Both the position numbers and the translations under genes were made by a program. A model generated the notes under the pieces. That model was not told where the DNA came from and made no database searches. It was given only the letters and a program-made list of their open reading frames with translations. DNA of 61,947 bases, counting the filler, from Rhabdomonas costata (Eukaryota), in the NCBI GenBank assembly GCA_019059605.1. It is 27 parts of 27 records of this genome, joined end to end, with 100 filler letters (N's around TTAATTAATTAA, not from the genome) between each part and the next. Parts side by side here need not be neighbours in the genome. Positions count along the whole stretch, not along the records: positions 36,798 to 38,994 come from JAHMHO010004913.1; positions 39,095 to 41,284 come from JAHMHO010004914.1; positions 41,385 to 43,581 come from JAHMHO010004915.1; positions 43,682 to 45,878 come from JAHMHO010004916.1; positions 45,979 to 48,175 come from JAHMHO010004917.1; positions 48,276 to 50,473 come from JAHMHO010004918.1; 21 more parts are not named here. The stretch is one strand, 5' to 3'. Positions 36,798 through 49,831 of the stretch are shown piece after piece. Within the stretch, counting starts at the first letter, position 1. Every line of letters starts with the position of its first letter.

Positions 36798-38891
36798 ATG
36801 TACTTTACCCCCTGTGGGGGGAAAGAAATGCTCTAGAGTGCAGTGGATGTGACGAGCAAGGGGTGCCCGACTGCGCCTATCTGGAGCGCCTCTGAAAATC
36901 AGCTGTCGAGGCACTGCTCGGATTCAGAACGAGGAGGAGCGTGAGTTTGGAGTCTGGCAAATGAATGCGCGAAACTGAAAATGGATAGGCGGAGAAACAG
37001 GAATTTAGGAAAAATGATTCATTGCCCTTATTCCTCATATTGCAGCGCACGTAGGTATTTGAAGAACAAAAGGGAAAGAGGGTTCGTAATGCTTCCTTCG
37101 GCGTGCTGTGAGCGGAGTAGAAAGGTTCGGGTGGGGATGGGTTTTCACGACAGCTAAAGGATCCCAGACGAGTTTTCTAACCACTGACCTCGGCGAGAAG
37201 TTTGGCCAGCTTCCCTGAGCCAAGCAGGGCGGCGTAGAGGTCGCCGTGGCCTGGGGGGCACCACTCCTGATCCGGGCTCGTGGGCCACGCCGCGGGCTTC
37301 AGGGTCTTCGAGTCGATCTTCGGCGCCTTGTTCTGCAACAGCTCAATGTCGGGGTCAGAGGCCTAACCACGAAAGGACGCAATATGCTCAAAGATCTCGC
37401 GAGATGAGGTTCCGCCCCCCCCCCCCGCAAGGCTGATTGGCAGTGTCATGCTCGCCACACTCGTTTTCTGGAGCGTACAACCTCCATCAACCGGTGATTG
37501 TTGGTCGACGATCGACAATGAGAGTGGTGACGGTGCAATACATAAGCCAGTCAAGTGTATTTGAAAGGTAGTCTTGGCTTTTTTCGCACGCCACGTCAGG
37601 CAACCCAATCCAGTCGCTTCCAACATGGTGAATTACTCAAAATACTGCCGGGACATCCCATTTGTGACCAAAAAAAGTTTAGTCATGTCACAAGAACAAG
37701 GAGGAACAAAGCCCATCTCAAACCCCCCCGCATTTTTCCACTCGCATCTTTCTTCGCCTTCCCAGAACCCCACAGGTGCGGCATGAACGGAAAGCCTTCA
37801 GAGGGCAGCCTCCATAGCAAACCTCCAGTTCAAAGACGACTCCACCTCCATCTTGGTCACCATTGGAAGGGAAAAGAAAGGGAAGGGGTAAAACGCCAAC
37901 CCACACGCCCACACCAGCTCGGGGTACTTCTTCAGAAATGCCTTGGTGTCGTCACTCGTGGAGAAGCTGTTCATCAGCATGAACCTTTTGTATTGAAGAC
38001 AAGCATGAAGAAACCTGCTGCTTTCCCTGCAGGCTAGACACCGCTGTTATGCGTCGTTCACTAAGAGTGCAAAGAGTTCCCTGTCCTCTCCCTCGGTGAC
38101 CAATAGAAAGAAGGTGGATGCATGGAAACGTTAGAAGAAGACTTTCTATTCATTTTCTTCGATTTGGAAGGGGCGGGGAATTGAGGAGTGAGCTGAAGAA
38201 AAGCAGAAAGGCATACACTTTTACCCTCCTTCCTGCAACTGCAACTGCAATCGCCGCTGCAATAATAGCAGACAAAAAAGAAGAAGAAGCTGTAACAATT
38301 TCAATGCAAACCTGATCAAACATTCGGGGCACCAGGGGTTCACTGGAGGTATGAAATTCGAAGAGAAAGAGAGTTGAGGCAACAATGTTCTGTCAGCAGC
38401 CCCGGGGGCAAAACTGCCCTAAAAAATGAAGAGTTTGTCTGCTCACCAGAATAACATTGCGCACTTTTCAACTGTGGGAAGCCATCTTGCAATTATTTGA
38501 GCAATATCTGACAATATATACTGATATATTCCGCATTTCCGCAAAAAAAATCTCATCAAAATTTCCGTTGTTTCTGAACTTTTTCGAGCTATTTTTTTCA
38601 TTTGCAATACTTGCCCCTTGCACGTTGCATTTTTCATCATATGCAAGCTTTCGCGCTTGCAGAAGAAAAGGCCAGGCCGGTCAGGACCTGAGCTTGGTGC
38701 TGTTCTCCTTGCGGAGGTGGAGGATCTGCTTCGCGATGAGATCCAGGAAGGTCTCCCCAGGCTTCACCTCCAGCAGGCTCTTGGCTTTCTCCAGGCCCAT
38801 GCTGGTGCCCAGACCCCCGTTGAGCTTCAGCACAACGGTCTGGCTCAGCAGCTCGGCGTCCTTCGAGATCGACTCATAGGTGGGCAAGTCC
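36798..38891 (-). CDS. UGP: UTP--glucose-1-phosphate uridylyltransferase (UDP-glucose pyrophosphorylase), partial, 4 exons
   Basis: Exons 38891-38688 (VVLKLNGGLGTSMGLEKAKSLLEVK..TFLD), 37984-37915 (FMLMNSFSTSDDT), 37362-37189 (LLQNKAPKI..EWCPPGHGDLY..GSGKL) and 36811-36798 (GVKY), all GT-AG and in phase. Confidence 0.97.
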
Positions 38892-39689
38892 CTGCGAGGA
38901 AAGACCAAACCAGACCAGACCAGACCTCACAGAAAGAAGCCGACGGCTGGAATGTGCAGAAAATAATTCTGACACACCTCAACCCTGCGAGGGGNNNNNN
39001 NNNNNNNNNNNNNNNNNNNNNNNNNNNNNNNNNNNNNNTTAATTAATTAANNNNNNNNNNNNNNNNNNNNNNNNNNNNNNNNNNNNNNNNNNNNGGTTTT
39101 TGTGGGGCTCCTAATCATTGGTTTACTTACAACCTCCTCTCCTCTAACCTTTAGAGGACACCCCCGTCTCGCCCAGTGCTGTCCTCCCTTGTTAATTTCT
39201 CATTTCTTCGTTTCTTGGTTTTCCCCCTGCGGACCCCAGCTGTGCTCTCCTTCGTTTTCCCTCGACGTGCTGGGCGTCCGTGCGTCCCTTCCAACATCAG
39301 AATCACTTACTCTGCGTGCTAGAATCCCCTCTCCCACTTCACCACATTCCTTTGCTACATTGTACATACGTCTTTCTCTTCCCTCGCCTTGATAAGGTTG
39401 TTTTGTGTGCTGGACGCGGGATGCTTGAGAACTATTGGGATCCCGTTTGTGAGGGCTTGCCCTATGAACTGGAAATATGCGGGAGCAATTACGTTCGCAT
39501 GGAGTGCCTGTGAGACCCTTGCTTAACTGAACAACAAAACCTTTCACCGAATCGGCTTGAACATTGAAGAGCTGGGTTCGATGGACAGTTGAGAGCTCAC
39601 GTTTGCTCCAGCTGATTTCAAGCTCAAAGTCACTCACCACAAACTCAAACTCACCAGACATTACAGTTCAATGGATAGTCGCGCGGGAT

Positions 39690-41009
39690 TTAGGAAGCCG
39701 GGCAGGTGGGGGGGGGAGAAGATCCACCAGTATAGCTGATGTCCTCCTCCTTTTTGATGCTCTTGTGCTTCAGCAACTGCTGCGTCAGGCGGACAATTTC
39801 TTGCTATGCGGTGTTCAACATAAGATGAAGACCGAAACACGTTCCCTGCACTTTAATCAGCAGACAGGAATGCGCGCATATGCACAGACATCTGCAGTCT
39901 TGGAGCTTCTTTAGAGGGGAGGATGAAGCATGGGAAGGAGCATGCTTTGGACATCGGGCAAGGTTGATTCTGGGCTCCGCGCATGACAGAAAGCGAATTG
40001 ACGCAGAACGGGCAAGAGCGTTGGGAAGCATAACATACGCAGAACTTGAGAGTTGCAAAGAACGGCATACAAAACGGTGTGAAATCAATGCACAAAATGC
40101 AGCGAAGAAAACTCTTTACAAACAGGCAGACGGGAGCACCGTCGGTGAGGGTTTCGGGGTTGAGGTGTCGGGTTCACGGAGGTACATAGCTGGGCCAAAC
40201 GACACACCCGATCTGCCTCCATGGCGTAGCGGTTCAGGGCGTCCATCTTCAGCAGGGTCTGAAGGTGAGCCTCCAGCTTCTCTGCGGCAGCCTTGTGTGC
40301 CTCTATCGCCTGAACAGAAAGCAATAATGGGCAAAATGAGGTAGGTTCCCCTTGATTCGAAGAAAAGAAGCTTTTGTAGAGGTCAGGGGGCGATGAAATC
40401 CGTTCAGAAGCTGAAATGAGTATCCAATATATCAGGACGCGTTCCGCGGCCCAGGATGCTAGGTTTTATCTACCTGCTTTTACTTAACATCTGCAAATAT
40501 GGCGCAAGTGATCGGCACCCCCCCCCCCCCAGACAACTTCTCAAAACCCAGTGACCCCACTTGTGATGGCTAAGGTAGATACGCATAAGTCGAGGGCGTT
40601 GGGCATTGGGTTTAGCGAGGAGCATGCAAGGGGTCAGGAAAGCGGAAACAACTCTGAAACACCTCCTCCCACTTCAGGCGCTGTGTCCGCAGCTCGAGGG
40701 TCTTGGCATACAACTCCGGGGCAATGTCCTCCGGGGGCGGGGGGATCCTCCGGTCGACCCAAGAGATGACCGGGTTGCCATCCTCACCCACGGTGACCTG
40801 ACACACCACCCACCACAACAAAGAAGTTCACTCGACCGTAGGGAATGCTAACCATCAAAGGTGTGACCCCTCCACCGGAAAATTAACTAGGAAGGGAGTC
40901 GCACCTTCTTCCGCTTGCTGGAGAGCCGGTAGAGCTTGGTCAGCTTGCTCAGCAACGGCCCGTGCTGCTGCTCACAAGCAGTCCTCTCGGCGGCGGACAT
41001 CCCGGTGCT
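39690..41009 (-). CDS. Coiled-coil protein C-terminus, weakly CFAP44/CFAP43-like, 4 exons
   Basis: Exons 41009-40905, 40797-40663, 40309-40208 and 39803-39690 join in phase 0 via GT-AG introns. PPEDIAPELYAKTLELRTQRLKWEEAI resembles the CFAP44 C-terminal motif, but the family call is tentative. Confidence 0.65.
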
Positions 41010-43889
41010 CTATTTCAGTGTTATGTGGAGAGATGGAAGCGCGGTTGTTGGGCGGAACCCCCCCCCCCACAGAACACTCTGCATTCCTGCAAAGGACATG
41101 CCGAGGAGGCAGCCGAAATACACCAAACGGTCCGATCTATTGGGGAGGGGGCGCTAACTGTATAACAATGCCATTCCGTCGTTATATGCTATAACGCCGT
41201 TTTTCGCTAAATGATGAACTATATGAAGCAAGAGGCTTCATAGGGTTGTTTTCTCTGCATATACTCTTTTTCTCTGCCTCTAAANNNNNNNNNNNNNNNN
41301 NNNNNNNNNNNNNNNNNNNNNNNNNNNNTTAATTAATTAANNNNNNNNNNNNNNNNNNNNNNNNNNNNNNNNNNNNNNNNNNNNGGGGGTGGGTGAGAGA
41401 AATACAAAGACACTGCATCGAGGAGCGAGGGTATGAAAAACTGCAAAAACCGAAGGGTGAGAGATGCAACTTTTGATGGCACTGCTCAAAGTACCTCATC
41501 CGGAATCGAAAAACCACAGCCGCATGTCAGCTCACAACCACAGTGCAATCAAAGGCATGAATGCCCGGGGCTCAGACTCGTTTCGTGTTGCGTTGGAGGG
41601 GTGGATGGGGCTGAGCTTTGTATGCAGGATACCCATGGTAATAATAGTGCGGCAGCAGAAGGTTCCGGGGACCAATTGTTGACCGACTGCCCTTCTTGAA
41701 ACCCTAATAGAGCGGACCTTGCCTCGTCGGGGCGGCGCTTCTATTGACGCTTCTTTGCTTCAAAGGGTTAGCACTCGAGGACTGAGAGACTGGCTCGCCA
41801 CAGAGAAGGCGCCAACTGTCCCTATTGCCGAACGAGCGAACAAACCCCAGAGGCAGGCTGAGTGGGTCGGGCAACCCGCAACGCTCACTGTTCCAAGGCT
41901 TTGTGTGGCGCTGCGGTTGCAGGGGCATGTCCTTCGCCACGGCGGAGAAGGGGAGCGCAGATTACCTCCCGCCTCTCTTAACCAACACCAAAACAACGTG
42001 CCACCTGCGAGCCAGGGAGAGAAACACCCCAAGACCCCAACTCGCTGAGAACCTCCAACAATTTCCCTTTTCCGGGAGGGCATCGGCAAACCCACCCATT
42101 GCATGCATTGATGAGCCCATTAGCAGCTCCACACCATGCCCTCCACCATCCGAATCATCAACCACCTCCCCGCAAGCAGCCTGTGTTTGTGAACACATGA
42201 CCTGCCCTGTCCTCCATTCAAATGAGATGTACATCTCCAGTCTCCCGAGCTAAAGCGCCACGACCATTGCAGCAACGTCCTCAGCTAGAATCTTTTTGGG
42301 AATAAAAAGGAGCCAACCTTCCTCCACTGGAATGGCACGGACATGTTGGAGGACGGGGAGTATACTATCGGCCGATGCCGATGATGGCCTCGAGGTCCAG
42401 CAACCCGTGTCGTGCACGCTCCAAGCCTTCGGGGACATCAGGGAGATTGCCTCACCCCGAAGAAGGGAGCTTGTGACCGACCATGCCATTCTTGCTCTGC
42501 AAGCCCAGAAGCTACTCAAGTGACCCACCCGAACCTTCTTAGTAGGAGTAGGGGGTTGACACACTTCTTACAGACCAATAAGAAGCAAAACACAAAAGGG
42601 CGAAAACCAATGTTTTAGCACCCTCCCCCATTTCGTATTGCTCATGTATGCTGCTCTTTTTTCGGTCGTAACCACTGAGGCGATGCAGACAACATTTAGG
42701 TTCCCAGACGTTTCCAAATCGAAAATCGAAGAACGTCTAAGTTACGCATATTCCGACACATGCCTCAGTCCACTCACTTTGTGAAGTGGCGCGTCAAGAC
42801 TACACACCGATATGATCCCACATAAAATACCATCATTGATAGCGGTCGTACCCGCATGCATTTTCAGTTTTCCTAAGAAATATTGAAACATTCCCAACAA
42901 ACGGGCTCTGTCGATGACTTTCTGTGCCGACGGAGGAAATTGGCAACGGTTGCTTCCATAAACTTGCCGTTTGCTTCTTGTTCCCCTTTCGTGTGGACGT
43001 CAATGCTCTATATTCACGTAATAATCCCGGACCGGCACAAGAACACCTGGGGCAGCCAATACTCCAACAGTGAGAGAATAACGTGCCAGGAGTTCTGGCG
43101 TGGCATTTTTCACCGTGACTCTCAAGCACTGGTTTTTCAGGGTTGGCTGTTTTACAAATAGACCACATATTTTGGGGCTGGGGTTGCTTGCTTGCCTAAT
43201 AGTTACCCCCAGGGCTGGTAACTGCGACCTCGACTGCAACACACTCTTCACTCGACCAGTAACGCAAAGAAACATTCCTTTGAGATCGCAGCTGACGTAG
43301 TTCCGAAGCACCGAAGAGTGTGAAGCCTAGGGGGGGGGATGTTGCCTTGAAGAAGGGCCCGGTCTGCTCCACCTCATCGAAGGACCTGAAGTTCTCCAGC
43401 CAGTTGCACCACCATATTCAAGCCAAACGGGTAACCACCGTAAGGCGCAGTACTACCCGACAAGTTTCACCCCATTTCACACAGGTTGGCCCCACCCGAA
43501 GAGCAGGCCCTTGCCCAAATCGAAGCCAAGATACAAAGCGAAAGCAGAAGCTCTGCGGACGGGGCGTGCAGATAAAAACCANNNNNNNNNNNNNNNNNNN
43601 NNNNNNNNNNNNNNNNNNNNNNNNNTTAATTAATTAANNNNNNNNNNNNNNNNNNNNNNNNNNNNNNNNNNNNNNNNNNNNTTGTTGTTGGTTCCATGAT
43701 GGCGAGGTTTCTGGTGTTCGACTCATGCTGACTTTAGGCCCTTGCTAAGCAGGTCTTCACATAGAATTGCCAGGTGGTGAAATTGTCATTTTTCCACTCT
43801 CCACTTTTCTGCAACGATCGTGTTGCGATAGTGGAGCGTTTTTACATTCTCATTCGCAGTTTTCTCCTCCGCGTCCTTTTTTGTGGCAG

Positions 43890-44059
43890 AACGCAAAGCA
43901 GGCTGCGAAGACTCGAAGCTCGCAGCTGCGGGAAGAGCCCCCTCCGGAGTGCTTTTCGACTCCTGAGGAAGCGGAGGAGCCCGCTCCCAGCGCTCCCGAA
44001 GAGGTCGCCGCAGCCGCAGACGTCTCTGTGCCAAATGCCCCGGAGCCTCAGAAGGCTCA

Positions 44060-44090
<31 letters not shown>

Positions 44091-45878
44091 GTGGGCCTTT
44101 CCACGGTTTCCTGTTCTTCTATTTCATGTCGCCCAGTTTTTCTGGTAGTCCGCAGGCGCTGCGGCTTTGTACAGATCCGTTTTGTCGAGGAGAAAGTAGT
44201 TCAGCTCATTATGGCCAGCCTGAACCCGTGAAAGACTGAATTGCGGTGAATCCACACTGGAAGTGGACGCTCCAGATTTTTGCGCGAAATACTCCCAGTC
44301 ACCAGGACCATGTCGACCTTGCCATGTGACATCCTGAAAGTTTCGGGGTGGGGGGGCGCTAACCCCAAGAGAGAGAGCGACCAGAGTCACAAAGTGCATG
44401 GTCCACGGTGGGAAGCCCAAGGGGAGGGGAACCTGGAACCTTCCTCAGAAAAATCGACCCTTGCAATGTGTTGTGCGGTGTGCAGGGCAGGGAGAGCACC
44501 CTTTCCACTGTCATTCTCTCGTTCGTTCACGCACAGCGGATGGCTCCTGTGAAGTCTTCACCAGCAGCAGGAGGAGCACTGACCCCTAAGCAGCGGTGCG
44601 CATCCGCGTCAGGAGTCACTGTTGGAATATTGGCGATGAGGGGTACAGATTTGCCAGGCGCTTGGAGCGGAGATCTTGGTTTTTCGTCACGATGCACGTC
44701 AAAACGATTAACCCCGAGGAGGATCTGTTGGGGACGGAGTCCCCCGCTTAGTTTCATGCTTTTAGATTCATACTTCACTTTACAACAGAGTTTTTCCGAA
44801 TAAAAGCGGGCCCCACATGCAGTTCCCACTGGGAACTGCATTTTCCGGCTTCGAGTACAAACGTTTCGGTGTACGCGCCACTGCCCCCGCTGATTGTTTC
44901 TTGATTCTCCAGGGCCGTTCACCTTTTTAGGTTTCCCTTTCTTCTGTAGTGCGGCGCCTCCGGAGCGCAAGGTGCTGTACAGCACCCACCCTCAAGGTCA
45001 GCAGTACGCCGCGGCCTGCATCACCACCACCGCCTTGCAGCCGAGTATATGACTTCATTTTACTTGCCTCCCACCTGCGTCTTCACCTAGCCTTCTGAAT
45101 ATCTCGTTTATGCTGAACATGCTACTCTTCTTCACGGCTACATGGTGTTCCTTCATAATAATTGTAATTTTTTGTGTGCTCCTGTGTATGTGTGCATGCA
45201 TTGCTGTTGCCATGTGGACAGGCTTGGAATGTTGTGGTTGTTTTTTTTCTGCGATGCCCACTCCCCACCCCCGAAATAAAAATGCAGCAAACAAGGACGG
45301 GTCGGATGTGTGAATGCTTATGCATTTGCGAGGATGGGTTTCGGGCACGCTTTCAGTCCGAAAGGATCGCAAGCTTTCTCTCACTGAGAAGGAGATCCGT
45401 GAGAAAGCCTACCAGAAGCTTCGGCTGCTGCGCAAGAAGAGCTACGTCAGGTTCCATCTTTTGCGGGCTGCATGTGAGCTGTCCTAACATCAGCTCATTC
45501 GCATTTCGAATGCATGGCGTGTATTTCACCCTTTCTCGTTCAGGCTCTTCACCAACGTAGGCGAGCTGAATATTGAGCTTGCCTCAAGCTCGGTGTGGTG
45601 CTTCTACTTCATTGCTATCTCCCCCAGCTCTATTTCCCCAGCACCACCAACCTAACTAGACTACCACCCGCTGCGGGTAAGATCAGCCACAAAAAGTTCA
45701 CAGAGGTTTTGGGATTTTGCATTTTATTTTCAACTGCACCTGTACTGTTGAGAGGTAAACTTAAACTTAGTTTCCTGACGTAATCGAATCGTCAGTTGGC
45801 CTGAAAGCGGAGGAGTATGCATTCGTACAAGGACTATCTTGAAAGAGTGCGACGAGGAGATTGCGGTGGAGCAAAGAA
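43890..45878 (+). CDS. Hypothetical protein, 6 putative exons including a 13-nt micro-exon
   Basis: Exons 43890-44090, 44537-44595, 44950-45044, 45357-45450, 45544-45556 and 45832 onward splice GT-AG with consistent phases into one open frame (..EIREKAYQKLRLLRKKSYVRLFTNDYLERVRRG). Confidence 0.6.
44064..44090 (+). repeat. (AGC)9 coding microsatellite (poly-Ser)
   Basis: Read directly. It lies at the end of an exon. Confidence 0.95.
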
Positions 45879-47359
45879 NNNNNNNNNNNNNNNNNNNNNN
45901 NNNNNNNNNNNNNNNNNNNNNNTTAATTAATTAANNNNNNNNNNNNNNNNNNNNNNNNNNNNNNNNNNNNNNNNNNNNGGTTTGTGATTCCTCCTCCCTG
46001 CACTGAGCACAATGACCTCAATGAGATTTACTTGGAACCCCTACTCTGCCGAAGGTGTGATGCCGACACCGGGAAGCAAAGCAGGCCCGTGGTTGGGAAG
46101 TTGGTCGTTTGATGACGAAAAATAAAGCGCGTGCGTGGGATGCGCGCTTTTCTTCCGCAGTGCGGAGGGGGCGGTGAGTGGCATGGATCGCGTGGTTGGT
46201 CTCACGTGGGTCACAAGTCGATGCACGGGTCCCTTGGGACCGGATCTCTGAGGGGGTTAGAGGGCGATAGGGCGACGCACCCGTCCCATGGGTTTTTTCC
46301 AGAATGCGTTGGGCCCGCCAAGCGCTGCAAAGTTGGGAAGGGGAACAGAATGCCCGTCCTTTTCCGAGGAGAGCCCGAATCAGGAAACCTCATGAGTGGT
46401 GGGGCAGGCCACTCCCTGCAGGAAGAGCGGTTGCTGATAAATCCGGACAATCCTGCATGCGTGCATATCCACACGTCCACATGCACAGGGATCTTGTACA
46501 TTGAGCTGAGCACGGGACCATCCCATGCTGCTGCTGCTGCTGCTGCCGCTCCGCCAGCGCCGCCCCCGCCGATAAGGTGGTTGCACCGTGGGGATAGCCC
46601 TCCAGAGGAACAGCTGTTTTTACGCGTTATCCCCGGTCAAGTGTGTATTTATTGGCTCCGAATTCAATTCCAGGCTCCGGCATTGAGGTGGTCGGCGTTT
46701 GGGCTAAAGCTGTGATTTGGGGGCTGTTGTATTTGTGTGTATGTGTGTTTGTTTGGGCTCTTGTTGAGTTGTTGAGTTTTGTGGGAGGGGGGTACCACAT
46801 GTCTCCTGCGAGCAATGGTACCGAGTATCCTTGATATCCGGGCTGGCCTGTTTCTATAGTGAATGATCCAATGATTTCAGCAGATGATCTGCAGGAGGTT
46901 AGGTGGCGATGCACGTATGTATTTCCCTGGGTTTGCAGTAGATGGAGAGAACTCCATGATGTCTTGGGCCGCGGAGCGGTGTGGAGTTGTTTAACGTTGT
47001 TAAACGATTAACACCGTTATACATCAAAGGGTAAAATTTTTATCCCGCCATGGCACGTTTCCGCCTCATCCGTCCGCTCTGGCCGCGCCGCGGGCTGGCT
47101 TCCGCCCCTAATATAATTCCGTCCCAGTCTAGCAACGGAGTCCCAAAACGTTAACCCCCCCCCCCAGCAAAAAGCGGCTTCGTTGCCGTACGCGCGCGCC
47201 CCATGCCTATTTATCATCAACGTCACACTCGGTAACCCGCTGCATCTGGACAGATTTCTTGGTTATCCCGGTAGCTACTTCAAGATTCATGATGAAGTAT
47301 AAAAAAAATGCACGAATATGTTTCCTCTTTGTACGTTTCCTTTTCCAACGTGTGTGTAG

Positions 47360-47750
47360 CACCGTGCCAGTGGAGATCAGTGTGCCCAAACCCGACCTGC
47401 TCATGCCGGAGCGGACCACCGTGCTGCAGGTTAGGAAGCATGTCCCCACGGCCCCGGCATTTGTGCCAGGGGTGATGCTGCCTTCAACCTACCTGAGATC
47501 GCCCAGGCAGCCGGCGATGGAAGCGGTTGAGCGGGGCAGCCTGTATCCTCGTCCCCTGGGGCCAGCATTCATGCCGTTCCCCGGGGTGGTGCTGCCTGTG
47601 GTGATCAGCTATGCCTCAACCAAGGCCGACGCGGCGCAGCCCGCAGGCGTGAACCTCGCGGAGACCCAAGTGGCCAGCAAGCCTTTCCTTAGGATGGAGC
47701 CCTGGCCATGCCCGCACGCCTTGGAGTGGAAGCGCCTGCGCTGGAAGAAG
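47360..47750 (+). CDS. Putative internal exon of a hypothetical protein
   Basis: GC-rich open frame bounded by a tgtgtag acceptor and an AAG|gtttgc donor. No family recognised. Confidence 0.45.
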
Positions 47751-49793
47751 GTTTGCCGGTCAGGGGGATTACTGATCGATCGCCTATGCATGTCTTGTAC
47801 TTATGTGCACGTCTTACCATCTTTTGCCTTGGAAGTGTTTAGTTTTTTGTGGACTGGGCGAGACAATCGGCGGCCTCTTTTCGCAAAAGAGGTGCATGTC
47901 CCTTCCAAATCAGAAAGTACTATGCATGCCGAAGGTGGATGAGGTAAAAAGCCTTGCCTTAGAGAAGCGGATAGACATGAAGACGCCTGTTCTTTGGAGC
48001 GACGCGAACAAACAATACAAGTGTCCCTACGTCAGTCAAGAAGATACATATTGTGTATTCTTCTTCTCCTTCTTCTTCAGCCCTTTTGTGTCACACCACA
48101 AATCCATACCATATTGTCTATTTTCTTGTCATCTTTTGCTCTTGGTACGGTTTGGAGTGGTGTGTGACTTTTTGANNNNNNNNNNNNNNNNNNNNNNNNN
48201 NNNNNNNNNNNNNNNNNNNTTAATTAATTAANNNNNNNNNNNNNNNNNNNNNNNNNNNNNNNNNNNNNNNNNNNNAGGCCACCAGACGCCCATTCCAAGG
48301 CCGTGATGACCCAGAAGCGATTGCAAAGAGATGTGCAGAACTTCAATATTGGGTGCTGAAAACAGCAGTGAGAGGCCAGGGAGCTGACGGGAAGCACAGG
48401 CACTGCATCCCCAGGGTGGAGACTTTTCGTTTGTACGGGCTGAAACTTGGCAGCTATGGTTTCGCCTTGGGGAGGTTTCGGAAGTTCTTCCTTTCAGTGC
48501 ACCAGCGCTTCTGGTCACGCAGCAAAAGCAGGAATTTATAGCGACACAGCAGCGAGCACGACAATAGCAACCCTTGTCTGCACATTTCCGCTGTCCGAGT
48601 GCAGACTAGCAAGCAGTTAGGGCCAGCCGAGGCCCCTTTCGAAGTCAGCTTGACAGCATGACGTGCTCCCGAGGTCTGCGCTTAGGTATGCGAAGCAGCC
48701 CCGGCCGAAAGCTTAGGCACAGTATGCAGGCATGAAAACGGCAGGAAAAAAAGTGCTCCCCCACGCCTTGGAAATGCAGCTCAAGTCGAAAATGGCCTTA
48801 ACAACACCCAAAAAGACCCGAAAAAGCACCAGTGCTCGGCGTAGAAAACGAGTCCGAGGCCAGGAAGCGGCCAAACAACTTATCTCAGCAGTACTATCAT
48901 CCCACCAAATATGAGCCCCAACACGCCACATTAGGCTCAAGTTCGGCGGTGCGGCAGGGAAGTTCCGCTTCTGTCCGCGCTCTCCTCGCACTTTGAGCTC
49001 CTGCGAATCGTGCCCTTTACGTACGACCTGCGCGTGCAGGCACTCTGGCTGGGCCTCAAACCTGGGCACGCGCAGGTCCTCAAACCTCGCGGGCCTCCGG
49101 CGGCAGTGCCGCGCGGGAAGCGAAATTGACAAAAACGACACCAACGCGCTCGACGACGGGGAAACACCAGAGGCCGAGGCTGCCACGAGGGAAGGCGGCC
49201 CTGAACGGACCACGAGGAACTGGATTTTGGGGTTTGGAGATGAAGATGTCCATGCCCGGCGGTGGGAGTGGCCTGGTGTATCCTGAGAATTGAATTAACA
49301 GGAAGCCGATTTGGAATACCGGAGTGGGACATTTCGCTGAATTGCTTTTCGTTTCCCTTTGGTGTGACCGCAGCTCGGCTTTTGAGTGGAGGCCATGGTT
49401 ATCACGTCGCCCCAAGCTTGCTCCATCCGATCCCTTCGGCAGGTTCGATGCTGTTTTTGGTCAATGCTTTGGAATTTTCTGTATCACCCCCCCTAACCTT
49501 GTTCCTGGGAAGCAACCTCCGTCTGATATGTGAGGTGTGTGTCGAGGAAGATGTCTGAGGTGTCCTTCCGGAGGAGACCGCAGCCCACACTCGTGGCGGC
49601 TGCCCAGTCGACCCCCCGGCGGCGCACTCCCCTCACCCCATCGAGCACGGGCATGGGCCGGGGGGGACCGGGGGGACCTCGGAGCAGACGAAAGGGAGCC
49701 TCCCAGGCAGGGGTGGCTCGCCCATCTACAACCCGGCAATTCTTCAACGGCAGCGTTGTGAAAGGCTGGCCTCCGGTTTTCCTTTTACCTTCA

Positions 49794-49831
49794 CTTTGCT
49801 TTGCTTTGCTTTGCTTTGCTTTGCTTTGCTT
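49794..49831 (+). repeat. (CTTTG)7 pentanucleotide microsatellite
   Basis: Read directly from the sequence. Confidence 0.95.

Noticed and set aside
38401..38620. Possible MITE in the first UGP intron (ggggcaa..ttgcccc ends)
   Set aside because: The terminal match is short and imperfect, with no TSD or second copy.
41700..43500. Possible decayed non-LTR RNase H or RT sequence (..GFADALPEKG..)
   Set aside because: The resemblance is faint, with no ordered motif set.
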